The position numbers and the translations under genes are program-made. Under the pieces are notes generated by a model. That model did no database searches. It was not told where the DNA came from and saw only the letters and a list, made by a program, of their open reading frames with translations. Shown in pieces: positions 19,273 to 29,360 of a stretch of 55,342 nucleotides of DNA. How positions within the stretch are numbered: position 1 is the first letter of the stretch; each line of letters starts with the position of its first letter. This DNA is from an uncultured Spirochaetota bacterium (GTDB lineage: Bacteria; Spirochaetota; Spirochaetia; SZUA-6; Fen-1364), in the NCBI GenBank assembly GCA_963745235.1, contig CAVUXE010000069.1, positions 1 to 55,342 of the forward strand, read 5' to 3'.

Positions 19273-19701
19273 AGTGATCCATGCGCCACCTTGTCATCCC
19301 CCCTGACGGGGACTGCCGGTTCGACTTCCTCTTTCTCGGGACCGTCGTGCAGCCTCTGGATCCGGGGCTCGCGCCGCTGGAAGAAGCCTCTCGGTTCGTC
19401 TGCTTCGCACCTTGAGTTGTTGAATCTTGTGCCGTCAAAGACTGCGAGAAAGGAATGAGATTGTTGAAGGCTATTCCTGAAGTGCGCGTTGCTGTAGAAC
19501 GCAAGGAAGTCACAGACAGGCGAAGAATGGGAGAAAGAAACGGGAGCTCGCATTTGTATCTCGCCATCTTCAGGGTCGACGGGGCGACATTTCAATCCGG
19601 TCGCCGCCGCGGCGGCCCGCGCCGCAGGTCTTGTCACGGGCGTTCCCGTCGACCGCGGGTTCCTGGTGGACAATATCTGAGAGAGGGAATGGTGGTAGAG
19701 T

Positions 19702-20976
19702 TCAGCCGCTGAAGCGTTTCCGGGAGGACCATAGACCGACGGCGGGATTGGACACGTAGTAGATCCGTTCACCTTCGCCCAATGTATTCCATCCGTCCAC
19801 GAGCTTCTGCGGGTTGTAGCGTTGCGTCATCTCCGCCAGGACGCCGTAATGAAAGCCTGCCTTCTCCACCTCGGCGCGCAAAAGACCTCCCGGGCAGTAC
19901 GTCACGTCGAAGCGGCCCTCCGTGGAGCCGTGGATCAGGTGAGCCGCGACGCTAAGGTTTTCCCGCAGATCCTCGTTCTCCTCCACGAGCTGGAGGACGC
20001 GCGGTGTGCCGAAGTAGCCGTACTTCCTGATCAGCGCGTCGATGACCGGATCCTCCCCGAACTGCCGCACACCGGGCGCGAGGATGATGAGCTCCCCCCT
20101 GTCCGCGAGCGCCATGCGCGTGCGGTAGATCGCCTTGTTGCCCAGCCACGTGCTCTTGAACTCGTCGGGCTGCAGGTACACCACCACGCGGGGGAAGGGC
20201 TCGTCGACCATCGTGAAGTTCACTTTCAGGGAGAGCTCCGCGGCTTTGAGGAATGTCTCGATGTCGTCGCCCACGAAAAGGCCTTTCAGGGCGAGACTGC
20301 CGTCGTCCTGCCTGCCGACAACGGTGTGGATGTAGACGATGGGCAGGTGCCGCGCAAAGTGGTCGGCGGCGTAGTTGAGAACGGCCCGTACCGGCGTGTC
20401 GGCGCGTCCCATCATGCGCTCCATCCCGTAGACGGCGCCCAGGTAGTGGCTCTTGTTGATGGCCTCCCGGCCGCCGGCGCCTATGAGGAGATTCTTCGTG
20501 TAGCCGGCCATGCCGATAACCTCGTGCGGCACGACTTGGCCGATGGAGAGGATCAGGTCATGCCCGCCCGTAACGATGAGCGAGTCGACCTGGGCCGGCC
20601 AGTCGAAGCAGAGCTTTCCTTCCGAGACGTCCTGAATAAACCCCACGGGCACCCGGCCGAGTGTCTCGAGGTTCTCCTTCCAGCGATGCACCCGGAAAAG
20701 CGAGGCCGGCACCTTTCCGAACATCGTGAGCTTTTCCTGGTCGGACACGGGAAAGTGCGTCCCCGTTGCAGGCAGTACGTCGGAGAGCGCCGCCCCGTAG
20801 TAGTCCCAGACCATCTCGGTGATGCGTCCCGCCCGGGAGTGGAACCGGGTGAAGTCGGGCGGCACGGCAAGGACCTTCCCCCGCTTTCCTATCTTGCCGA
20901 GGGCGTCGGCGAGGGCGGAGCGCAGCTCCCCATCGGAAATCACCTCTCGCTCAGAGCCCCGTGCGTAATACGTCAT
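19702..20976 (-). CDS. LarA (lactate racemase, DUF2088) superfamily protein, probable sugar-acid 2-epimerase
   Basis: PPDFTR, ATGTH and VVPHEVIGMAGYTKN, which keeps the His/Lys spacing of the LarA EPHFFAGFSGGRK motif. Confidence 0.82.
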   Translation of the reverse strand: MTYYARGSEREVISDGELRSALADALGKIGKRGKVLAVPPDFTRFHSRAGRITEMVWDYYGAALSDVLPATGTHFPVSDQEKLTMFGKVPASLFRVHRWKENLETLGRVPVGFIQDVSEGKLCFDWPAQVDSLIVTGGHDLILSIGQVVPHEVIGMAGYTKNLLIGAGGREAINKSHYLGAVYGMERMMGRADTPVRAVLNYAADHFARHLPIVYIHTVVGRQDDGSLALKGLFVGDDIETFLKAAELSLKVNFTMVDEPFPRVVVYLQPDEFKSTWLGNKAIYRTRMALADRGELIILAPGVRQFGEDPVIDALIRKYGYFGTPRVLQLVEENEDLRENLSVAAHLIHGSTEGRFDVTYCPGGLLRAEVEKAGFHYGVLAEMTQRYNPQKLVDGWNTLGEGERIYYVSNPAVGLWSSRKRFSG

Positions 20977-20990
20977 TGGTTTGCATGAGA

Positions 20991-21019
20991 ATAATACAGG
21001 CAGCGGAGGAGACGGTCAA
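20991..21019 (-). promoter_or_regulatory. Sigma70-type promoter 14 nt upstream of the LarA-family start codon
   Basis: TTGACC-N17-TATTAT on the minus strand. Confidence 0.65.
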
Positions 21020-21312
21020 CGAACCCGTTTCAGGCGGGGACCCACGGGAAGGTCTGCCAGCCGCACGAAGCGAAGCCCAGCTTCTCGATCTGGCACCGCT
21101 CCCTGCCGGCCGCTGTAAATTGGCAAGGTGGGTGATCCCCCCTCCGTCAGTCGGGTGCCCCCCTCTGCGGCACGAAAGTGCCCCCCGACAGCAATTCACG
21201 GCTGACTAACAGTATTCCCTACACGACGTGGGTCCTAAACGTCAAAACAACCTGAACTTGTTGGATAGTCCGAAACAGGAAATCCTGAGCGGCAAGACTT
21301 GGCAGGTTCTCG

Positions 21313-21880
21313 ATGGAAGAAATGGCGGCCAAGACGCGCGAATCCTGGTGCCGTGAACAGCGTGTGGGCAAGGAATCGCTGAGGCGATGGACAAAACGCT
21401 TGGGGAGAACAGAGCCAAGCGCCGCGTTTGTCGAGATCCCGCGTGGAGCTGCAGCTTCGTATTCGAGTAAACGGCGACGTGGAGCTTCTCGGAGAGTTCG
21501 ACGACGAGACCTTTCGAGGTGTTTTGCGCGCTGCGGGGGAAGTGGCGCACGTTCTTTGACTGGGGGAAGGTAAAGATCTTCGTTCGTCCAGGGGCCACGG
21601 ACTTGAGAAAGCAAAACAACGGGTTGTCGGCCATGGCTCAATGTCTCATGGGGCAGATCTGTACCTGTTCAGCAATCAGGAACGACGGCTGTTGAACGCG
21701 TTATACCGGGAATGCAACGGCTTCTGTTCATGGCAGAAGCGGCTGGAGCGAGACAAGTCCCTTGGCCGCGAACCCCTCGAGACAGCCCGAGAGATCAGCG
21801 TCGAGCAACTGCGCATGCTGTTGAACGGAATTGGTTTATGGAATGCTCATCAGAGCCTTGCTTATCGCAGTGTGGTGTAG
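21313..21880 (+). mobile_element. Degenerate IS66-family remnant (tnpA and frameshifted tnpB/orf2; no intact tnpC)
   Basis: ESWCREQRVGKESLRRWTKRL...FVEI resembles TnpA. KIFVRPGATDLRKQNNGL, LYLFSNQERRLLNALY...NGFCSWQKRLE and ISVEQLRMLLNGI match IS66 Orf2 across frames. Ends not defined. Confidence 0.82.
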
Positions 21881-22371
21881 CGCAGGGTCTGCCGGTGATC
21901 GAAATACTCGTCATAGAGTACAGAGGTGAATGAAAAACTGGGAGAGCTTCAAAGTAGCATAGCCTTGAAAAGGAAAGCGCGGAGAAGATCGAGTATCAAC
22001 ACGACGCGATGAAGCATTTTGAATGGCGCTCTCCTTAGCGAACGCGTTCACGCGTAGGGTGATCACCGCTCGTCCTTCTTCGTGCTTCTGTTTACCGGTC
22101 TTGGCGCGATATCGCGACGCAAGTCCTCTGCAGAGGAGTCCTTAGCCCTCGCAATAATAGCATAACATATCAATTCAAAAGATGATAATACATGTCGTAT
22201 CTGTGAAAATATATCGCCATTCGTCAACAACTCTCATGGAGCGACTAAACAATCGAAGGAGAAACTCCTTAAGTTATGGTTCGAATAATTACCTATATAC
22301 AAACAAGTTAAGCTAGTTTCTTCTCGCGACAAGTATAGCAATAGCCTCTGCGGCTGAATCGCGACTACCTA

Positions 22372-22400
22372 TTGACAATTACTGATAAAGTAAATAGAGT
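22372..22400 (+). promoter_or_regulatory. Sigma70-type promoter for the first monosaccharide ABC operon
   Basis: TTGACA-N17-TAGAGT in an AT-rich intergenic region. Confidence 0.65.
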
Positions 22401-22568
22401 GTTGATGTTTAGTGACACTTGGGATCGCCCGAAAGCTGAGTTCCCGGAGGGCGAAGTCGAGCGCGCACGACGGGTCCGAGGGCGCCGGGACAGGCACAGG
22501 GAGTGTGGGATGCACCGTCTGTTAGCAAAACCAGCGAGCGCAGAGAGGGGCGCCGCGAGCCTCGCCAA

Positions 22569-24083
22569 GTGAGTGGTCAACTCCTTTCCGCGAGAAAAAT
22601 CGACAAGCGATTCACGGGCGTTCAAGCGCTTAAGCAGGTCGACTTCGATCTCGACGCGGGCGAAATCCATGCGCTGGTCGGGGAGAACGGGGCCGGCAAG
22701 TCGACGCTCATGAAGGCGCTCGTTGGTATTGCCCCCAAGGACTCCGGCGAAATCCGCTACCTCGAGCACCCGTTCAATCCGCGCGACCCGAAGCACTCGC
22801 TGGAGATGGGCATCGGCATCATCCATCAGGAATTGAACATGATGGAGCACCTTACCGTGGCCGAAAACATCTTCATCGGCCGCGAGTCCACACGCGGGCT
22901 GTTCCTCGACAAACGCGCGCAGAACGAGCGGACCGCAGAGCTGTTTCGCCGGCTGAAGATGGACATCGACCCCGCCGAGCCATTGTCGAAGCTCACCGTG
23001 GGCAAGCAGCAGATGGTGGAGATCGCTAAAGCGGTGTCGCATCGCCTGCGCATTCTCATCCTCGATGAGCCGACCGCCGCCCTGACCGACGCCGAGATCG
23101 GCGAGCTGTTCGCCATCATGAGGGACCTCGCGTCTCGCGGCGTGGGGATGATCCATATCTCGCACCGGCTGGACGAGATCCACCGTATTGCTGACCGAGT
23201 CACCGTCTTGCGGGACGGCGAGAGGATGGGCACCCACAAGACCGCCGAAGTGAGCCGGCAGGAGATTATCAACATGATGGTCGGCCGGGTCATCTCATTC
23301 CAGCCCAAGACCCGCAGCGACGTCTCGCCGAATGCCCTGATCGTCCTGAAAGTAAGCCACCTGAACGCGGGACGGCTGGTGAGAGACATCAGCTTTGAGC
23401 TGCGCCAGGGTGAGATTCTCGGCATCGCCGGCCTCATGGGGTCTGGGCGCACCGAGACGGTACGGGCTATCTTCGGCGCCGACAAGGTCCAGAGCGGGAC
23501 GCTCGAAGTCCGCGGGAGGCGCGTGCTCATCAAGAGTCCCAAGAACGCCGTGGCGAACGGGATCGGGTACCTGTCTGAAGACCGCAAGCGCTTCGGCCTC
23601 GCGGTCAACCTGAACGTGCGGGACAACCTCGCCATGGCCACCTATGAGCGCTACCAGAAGGGCCTGTTCATCCAGGCCTCGGCGGTCCGACAGGTCACGC
23701 AGGAGTACATCCAGAAGCTGAACATCAAGACGCCTTCCCTGGAGCAGCTGCTCCGAAACCTTTCCGGCGGCAACCAGCAGAAGGTCGTCATCGCGAAGTG
23801 GTTGATCCGCGCGTGTGACATCCTCATTTTCGACGAGCCGACCCGGGGCATCGACGTGGGTGCAAAAAAAGAAATCTACGCCCTGATGGTAAGGCTCACG
23901 CGGGAAGGCAAGTCGATCATCATGATCTCTTCGGAGTTGCCCGAGATCCTGCGCATGAGCGACCGCATCGTCGTCATGTCGGAAGGCCGCATCACAGGGG
24001 AGCTTCCCATCGAGAAGGCGAGCCAGGAAGCCATCATGGAGCTCGCAACCATCGGGCACCAGGCCGCCCTGAGCGGGAGCTGA
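22569..24083 (+). CDS. Monosaccharide ABC transporter ATP-binding protein (RbsA/MglA-like)
   Basis: GENGAGKST, LDEPT and LSGGNQQK; two ATPase domains. Start uncertain (22503 or 22569). Confidence 0.95.
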   Translation: MSGQLLSARKIDKRFTGVQALKQVDFDLDAGEIHALVGENGAGKSTLMKALVGIAPKDSGEIRYLEHPFNPRDPKHSLEMGIGIIHQELNMMEHLTVAENIFIGRESTRGLFLDKRAQNERTAELFRRLKMDIDPAEPLSKLTVGKQQMVEIAKAVSHRLRILILDEPTAALTDAEIGELFAIMRDLASRGVGMIHISHRLDEIHRIADRVTVLRDGERMGTHKTAEVSRQEIINMMVGRVISFQPKTRSDVSPNALIVLKVSHLNAGRLVRDISFELRQGEILGIAGLMGSGRTETVRAIFGADKVQSGTLEVRGRRVLIKSPKNAVANGIGYLSEDRKRFGLAVNLNVRDNLAMATYERYQKGLFIQASAVRQVTQEYIQKLNIKTPSLEQLLRNLSGGNQQKVVIAKWLIRACDILIFDEPTRGIDVGAKKEIYALMVRLTREGKSIIMISSELPEILRMSDRIVVMSEGRITGELPIEKASQEAIMELATIGHQAALSGS

Positions 24084-24086
24084 CGC

Positions 24087-25382
24087 ATGGCGGATTCGAC
24101 GGTAGAAAGCCGGTTGCAGCATTTCCGTGAACGCGGCCTGAAATGGGCGCTGGCTCCGGGCGCGCTTGTGATCCTGTACCTGTTCTTCGGCGTGTTCGGG
24201 ATCAACTACTTCTCCTATTCCACGTTGGTGAACATCGTCGACGCGGCCTACTATTTCGGGTTTATCGCCATGGGGGTGACATTCGTCATCATCAGTGGCG
24301 GGATCGACCTGTCCATTGGAACGGTCATGATGTGCGCCGCGATCGCCGGCGGCACGGCGCTCAAACACGGCTTTCCAATGCTTCCCTCGCTCCTGCTCAT
24401 CATCGCCGTGGGACTCGCGTTCGGCGCGTTTAACGGCTTGTTCGTCTCCCGACTGAAGATGCCTCCGTTTATCGTGACGCTCGGCACCATGATGATCTCC
24501 ATGGGCGTAGGTTCCATCGTCTCCAACGTTGCCAGCGCGACCTTCCCCATACGCGGTCAGCCTGGCGGTTGGTTCAAGAGCATCTTCCTCTATCTGGGAG
24601 ACAATGGGGCGGCCATTCCCACCGGCGCGCTCCTCCTCGCGGTCGTGGCAGTTGTCTGCCACCTGATGCTGTCTAGCACAAAGCTCGGCCGCTACACCTA
24701 CGCGATCGGGAGCAACCTGGAGGCCGCGCGGCTGTCCGGCGTCGACGTGAAGAAGTGGCAGATGCTTGTTTACGTCATCGCCGGCGGCACGGCTGGTATC
24801 GGTGGCATCTCCTACGCCGCCATCTACACCACGGTGCTGCCGGCGCAAGGGCAGGGATTCGAGCTGACCGCCATCGCGGCCGCGGTCATCGGGGGCACGT
24901 CCCTGTCAGGGGGAATCGGGACGATCTGGGGAACCATCATCGGCGTGTTCATCATGTCGGTGCTGGCCACCGGCCTTCCGTCCCTGAACTTGGAAGCCCA
25001 TTACCAGACATTCTTCACGGGAATCATCGTGATCGGGGCCGTGCTGCTTGACATGTACCGCATGCGCAAGGCTGCAGAGGTGCGTATCGAGACACCTGCT
25101 GACCTCTATCGGGCATCCATGCTCGAAAAAATCGCCGCCATGCGAAGGGAGCTCTCTACCGGCAAGAGCGGTGGGAACGGGCAGGCAGCGGCGCTGAGGG
25201 CCCAGATCGAGCGGGCCAGGAGCGAGCTGAGAGCGAACTTCGCGCAGATGAAGGCGCACGAGCGGACTGAGCAGGCTCGCCTCCAGGCAGAGGAAAGGGC
25301 GGCCGATCACGCATTTGCAGAAAAAGAGCTTTCGCGCCAGGAAGACCCGGAGCGTGGGTCCAAGTCACGAAAACATCCCTGA
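24087..25382 (+). CDS. Monosaccharide ABC permease (RbsC-like) with ~100-aa charged C-terminal extension
   Basis: GGIDLSIG, PPFIVTLG, AIGSNLEAARLSG and IGGTSLSGGIG motifs, then a soluble helical tail. Confidence 0.93.
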   Translation: MADSTVESRLQHFRERGLKWALAPGALVILYLFFGVFGINYFSYSTLVNIVDAAYYFGFIAMGVTFVIISGGIDLSIGTVMMCAAIAGGTALKHGFPMLPSLLLIIAVGLAFGAFNGLFVSRLKMPPFIVTLGTMMISMGVGSIVSNVASATFPIRGQPGGWFKSIFLYLGDNGAAIPTGALLLAVVAVVCHLMLSSTKLGRYTYAIGSNLEAARLSGVDVKKWQMLVYVIAGGTAGIGGISYAAIYTTVLPAQGQGFELTAIAAAVIGGTSLSGGIGTIWGTIIGVFIMSVLATGLPSLNLEAHYQTFFTGIIVIGAVLLDMYRMRKAAEVRIETPADLYRASMLEKIAAMRRELSTGKSGGNGQAAALRAQIERARSELRANFAQMKAHERTEQARLQAEERAADHAFAEKELSRQEDPERGSKSRKHP

Positions 25383-25419
25383 ACGCATGTTCGGGGCGGA
25401 AACTCAAAGGGAGGTGCTT

Positions 25420-26556
25420 ATGAGCATTTCTGTGCGAAGAGGCGTGCTGCTAGTGGCGACGGCGGTGTTGCTTTTCGCCCTTGCCCTGCCAGTGTTTGCC
25501 GGAGGGCAGAAGGAAGGAGGAGCGGCGCAGGGAGCTACTGCAGCTGGGGGGAAAATTTACATCCCCATTATTTGCAAGGGCTTCCAGCACCAGTTCTGGC
25601 AGACGGTGAAGAAGGGTGCGGAAGCTGCTGCGGCGCAGTTGGGCGTGCAGATGACCTTTGAAGGGCCTCCGTCGGAAGCAGATATCCAGCCCCAGGTGCA
25701 GATGCTGACCAACGACATGGCGAAGAACCCCGCGGCGATCTGCCTGGCGGCGCTGGACACCAACTCGGTCATGGACCAGCTCAACCAGGCCATCAAAAGG
25801 AAGATCCCGATCATCGGGTTCGACTCTGGGGTGCCCAACGCGCCCAAGGGGGCCATTTACGCGACGGCGGCTACCAACAGCTACGCAGCCGCCGGACTGG
25901 CCGCCGACAAGATGTTCGCGGCCCTCAAGGACAAGATCGTGGCGGCCAGTGACTCAGGCCCAGTGACGATTGTGGAGTGCCAGCAAGACGTTACAAGCCA
26001 GTCGATAACTGACCGGGGGAAGGGATTCCGCGACGAGATGATAAAGTTGATCACGACGCAGACCAACCACACGAAGGCAGACATTCGGGTGCAAGGCAAC
26101 CCTGCGTACATCGCACCGGATAGCCCGACGAGCGGGAAGGCCATCATCATCAGCGTGGTGGTCCCTGCTACAGCGAAAGATCCTGACGTTGCGGCTGCAG
26201 TCCATGCGATGCTGAACCGGGTGAAGTCCGAGAACATCATCGGGGTATTCTGCTCCAATGAAGGCACTGTGAAGGGGATGATTACATCGACCAATGACGG
26301 TAGCGCCCTGCCGACTGAGTACCCCGGCTTGATCGTGATAGGCTTCGATGCCGGCAAGCTGCAGAAGCAGGCGGTGCGTAGCAAGTACTTCCTGGGGTCT
26401 ATCACGCAGGACCCGTACAACATCGGTTTTCAGGCTGTGACTTTGGCGTACAAGGCTGTCAAGGGCGAGCCGGTTGCGGACGTGGACACGGGCGCCAAGT
26501 TCTACGACTCGACCAACATGGACGAGGCTGATATCGCTCAGCTGCTTTACGATTGA
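25420..26556 (+). CDS. Monosaccharide ABC substrate-binding protein (RbsB-like)
   Basis: GGAGGT RBS, ...VFAGGQKE signal, KGFQHQFWQ, IGFDSG and ITQDPYNIG motifs. Confidence 0.93.
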   Translation: MSISVRRGVLLVATAVLLFALALPVFAGGQKEGGAAQGATAAGGKIYIPIICKGFQHQFWQTVKKGAEAAAAQLGVQMTFEGPPSEADIQPQVQMLTNDMAKNPAAICLAALDTNSVMDQLNQAIKRKIPIIGFDSGVPNAPKGAIYATAATNSYAAAGLAADKMFAALKDKIVAASDSGPVTIVECQQDVTSQSITDRGKGFRDEMIKLITTQTNHTKADIRVQGNPAYIAPDSPTSGKAIIISVVVPATAKDPDVAAAVHAMLNRVKSENIIGVFCSNEGTVKGMITSTNDGSALPTEYPGLIVIGFDAGKLQKQAVRSKYFLGSITQDPYNIGFQAVTLAYKAVKGEPVADVDTGAKFYDSTNMDEADIAQLLYD

Positions 26557-26578
26557 AAGGGGAACGCCCCTGAGAGAA

Positions 26579-26609
26579 GCAGAGGCCCACCTGAACGGCG
26601 GGCCTCTGC
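26579..26609 (+). terminator. Stem-loop after the SBP gene (no U-tract)
   Basis: GCAGAGGCCC-N11-GGGCCTCTGC, a 10-bp stem. Confidence 0.45.
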
Positions 26610-27043
26610 CTAAGAGGCATGGTACGCCCATCCCGGCGAAAGATTCGTTCTGCAGCCGTCCATCAACTGTCGACCTCTTTGGAATCTCTCCCGCTACCCT
26701 CGTGATGGCGAGGGAATCGAGAAAATCGCCGCAGGGTGAACGTTGCCCGGACACCTTGCCGAGTTCATTCTCATCACTGAAGAGGCTCTTGGAGCGGGCT
26801 GTCTGCTTCCTATGGGGGGACACCCAATTGCTCTTGGGATGCTCCCGGAGCTTTCATCCGCGCGCCGTCTCGTTTTGTCCGCTTTCCCCCCGCCCCTATT
26901 CAACCCAAAGGACCGAGCAGGTTGTGACGGTGCCTACCAACGATACTTGGCGACCACCGGACAGAAGGTATCCACGAGGGCGCAGTAGGTCACATCGCCT
27001 TGCCTCTTTCGGGCCTTATTCCTCTCCAGGCGAGGCCGAATGA

Positions 27044-27934
27044 TCAGCTGGCTTCGTGTGAAGTCACGACTACCTTGACACCGCTCTCCTCAAGTTCGGC
27101 CTTCTCTTCATTCGACATATGATCCGTGATCAGGACGTCTATTCTATCGGTGGGTACCGATTGGGCGAAAGACGTCTTGCCGATCTTAGTATGGTCACAG
27201 AGTAGTACAACTCTCTTGGCGCATTCAATCATCTTACTCCTGATCTCAGCCTGTTGAATATCCGGAGAAGTTGCTCCTTTCTGAGCCGAGAAACTATTGG
27301 TTCCCATGAACGCCGTGTCCACGGTTATCTTGGAAAGGAGGTCGGTGCCCAAAGTCCCCACTACACAGTGGAAGTTCTGTCTAAGCAAGCCGCCGATCAG
27401 AAAGACGCTCATCCCCGGAATCTTTTCGAGAAAATCTGCAGTACGCGTGTCATTTGTGACGATATTCAGGCTCCGGCGCGACCCAAGAATCTTGGCCAAC
27501 TCGAAGACGGTCGTGCCGGCGTCCAGCAAGATGACGTCGCCGTCTTCAATCAGCTTCAATGCCTCCTTAGCGATACTTTGCTTGGCTGCCAGCTCGTCTA
27601 TTTCTCGCTCACCCGTTTTGGGCTCAAAGGCCGCTTTGGTGTGCCTGATGGCCCCGCCATGAGTCTTGATGAGCAGTCCAGAAACATCGAGGTCATTGAG
27701 GTCGCTCCGAATCGTGCCGCCGGAAACGTTGAACAACTTACACAATTCGGCTACTGTGAGCTTCTCACGCTCGGAAAGCAATTCGAGGATTTTAGCCTTC
27801 CGCTCCTCGACAAAGAGTGACTTGATTTGGCTGTCCGCGTGAGTCCCCTGTCTCCCCATGATTGGAGTTCCAGTTTTGCTTTTCCTTGCGGCTGCGTTTT
27901 GAGAGCCCGCTTGGCGATCAGGCAAAGGCTTCAT
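27044..27934 (-). CDS. DeoR/GlpR family transcriptional regulator
   Basis: EERKAKIL...FNVSGGTIRSDL...THGGA HTH; LDAGTT, VTND and DHTKIG sensor domain. The true start may be internal. Confidence 0.93.
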   Translation of the reverse strand: MKPLPDRQAGSQNAAARKSKTGTPIMGRQGTHADSQIKSLFVEERKAKILELLSEREKLTVAELCKLFNVSGGTIRSDLNDLDVSGLLIKTHGGAIRHTKAAFEPKTGEREIDELAAKQSIAKEALKLIEDGDVILLDAGTTVFELAKILGSRRSLNIVTNDTRTADFLEKIPGMSVFLIGGLLRQNFHCVVGTLGTDLLSKITVDTAFMGTNSFSAQKGATSPDIQQAEIRSKMIECAKRVVLLCDHTKIGKTSFAQSVPTDRIDVLITDHMSNEEKAELEESGVKVVVTSHEAS

Positions 27935-29139
27935 GCTCCTCCCGACTTCGGCGCTGACTCCAGTAAAGTGTCTATCCGCTTGCCATCTTCAGGCACCCAG
28001 CAGCGCCAGTAGCGGACCGAGTCTGCAAGCTGTTGCAGCAGCTTGCGGGGATGCACCTCAGGGCGTCCAAAGATCTCCAGTGTGAGAAAGATTGATTCGC
28101 AAGGCGGGGGAAGACTAGGGTCAATCGCCGACTCGTAGCACGCTGCGATGGACTGCAGGACCTTGCCGGGGTCGATCGCACCTTTCGGGTTCAACTCTGG
28201 CGTGAACGGTTCATGGGCCGAGGAGTTTTTCGTCACTTGTTGGAGGTGTACAATGGGCGAGTATGCTCCCAGGGCTGACAACCACGCATACGGATCACCA
28301 TCTTCGCTTTCAGAGAACAGATAAGGGTGCGCATGCATGCTATCAACTACTTCCAAGAGTCTCTCTTCTCGTTCGATCAAGTCTTTTTCCTTGGCTGCCC
28401 GGAGAAAACTCGCCCGTGTGGCTTCTGATCCCAGCCACAAGCCTGAGGTCGTCGCGGCTTCTGGCATATTCTGCGCTGCTTTCCGCAATTCAGAAACCGT
28501 TGGCCGTCCGAAGCTTCGCTGTCCAAACGCATGGCCTGTGTCCACTGTAACATACATCGGCGCGCCGGCGCGACTATGCACCTCTCTCATCAACTCCTTT
28601 GTTCCCGCGATAGTCCATGGGGTCTGGTGCGGGGCATACATTTGCTCAACTGAAACATAGTGAATTCCGCGTTGCCCCGCAAATGCTGCGACCTCTGCCA
28701 GCGAGTCGAAGAGGAGCATCCTCGCCGTCTCGTACAACTGAGGCTCCTGCAGCGTCGCGTGCGGGAATCCATGGCAATAAAACCCAAACCCCGCCCCCAG
28801 ATCGGCGGCGGTCTCTATCATTGGTTTGATCCAATCTTTCTGCATGCGATCTCGAATCCGTCGATCGGGGTGACCGAGCCCGAGTGTTGCGTATGTGCCG
28901 TGGCCGGAGTAGAGATTGACGACATCAACACCTATCTCTGTGGAGGCAGTCTTGACGTCTCGCCTCCAGTCCAGCATGTAGTCGGAGCCATTGAAGAGTG
29001 GATCTGCTTCCGTGTCGCTACTTGCTTCAACCTTTCTTAGACCAAAGTCCGCGACGAGACCCAGCCATTCTCGGGGTAGTATCCAACGCTTGGAAGCAAA
29101 ACAGTTGTCGATAGCAAGGTAGATTCTCGGCAGTTTCAT
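27931..29139 (-). CDS. Xylose-isomerase-like TIM-barrel epimerase, EryC (D-erythrulose-1-phosphate 3-epimerase)-like
   Basis: GHPDRRIR, EQM, DTGH, DPYAW, SPIVHLQQ, HEPFT...NPKG, LEI and SVRYW occur in the order I recall for Brucella EryC. Confidence 0.75.
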   Translation of the reverse strand: MKLPRIYLAIDNCFASKRWILPREWLGLVADFGLRKVEASSDTEADPLFNGSDYMLDWRRDVKTASTEIGVDVVNLYSGHGTYATLGLGHPDRRIRDRMQKDWIKPMIETAADLGAGFGFYCHGFPHATLQEPQLYETARMLLFDSLAEVAAFAGQRGIHYVSVEQMYAPHQTPWTIAGTKELMREVHSRAGAPMYVTVDTGHAFGQRSFGRPTVSELRKAAQNMPEAATTSGLWLGSEATRASFLRAAKEKDLIEREERLLEVVDSMHAHPYLFSESEDGDPYAWLSALGAYSPIVHLQQVTKNSSAHEPFTPELNPKGAIDPGKVLQSIAACYESAIDPSLPPPCESIFLTLEIFGRPEVHPRKLLQQLADSVRYWRCWVPEDGKRIDTLLESAPKSGGA

Positions 29140-29304
29140 TTAGATCGACCTCTTGGAAACAGCGAGTGAGCTTTTTTGACTATGTGCGAATCGGGCCCGC
29201 GGGCAGTGGGGACGATCAGACTCCGAGGCGACCACCTGTCCGCCTGAGACAAATCTTTTTGCGAGGGCGAAGGCGCACATGATTCGTGAACCATATGGTA
29301 CGGC

Positions 29305-29333
29305 AGTATGTCGCATTCGTCATCATATGTCAA
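29305..29333 (-). promoter_or_regulatory. Sigma70-type promoter for eryC-like/deoR
   Basis: TTGACA-N17-CATACT on the minus strand. Confidence 0.6.
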
Positions 29334-29345
29334 TTAAGGTACAGT

Positions 29346-29360
29346 AGTATTGACAATACT
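29346..29360. promoter_or_regulatory. Perfect palindrome, candidate operator
   Basis: AGTATTG-A-CAATACT between the divergent operons. Confidence 0.45.

Noticed and set aside
19273-19701. Gap between convergent genes containing short ORFs
   Set aside because: No recognisable protein motif, RNA structure or repeat.
21150-21190. GGCAC-GAAA-GTGCC hairpin inside a GTCGGG/CCCGAC stem
   Set aside because: No match to riboswitch or group II intron consensus that I can recognise; short stems are common at this GC level.
603-24848. Other long overlapping ORFs (603-1922, 2808-4124, 13228-14709, 17326-18933, 23295-24848)
   Set aside because: Alternative-frame or antisense shadows of well-supported genes, with no family motifs.
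26610-27043. Intergenic stretch with short ORFs on both strands
   Set aside because: Might be a decayed gene, but I could not assign any family.
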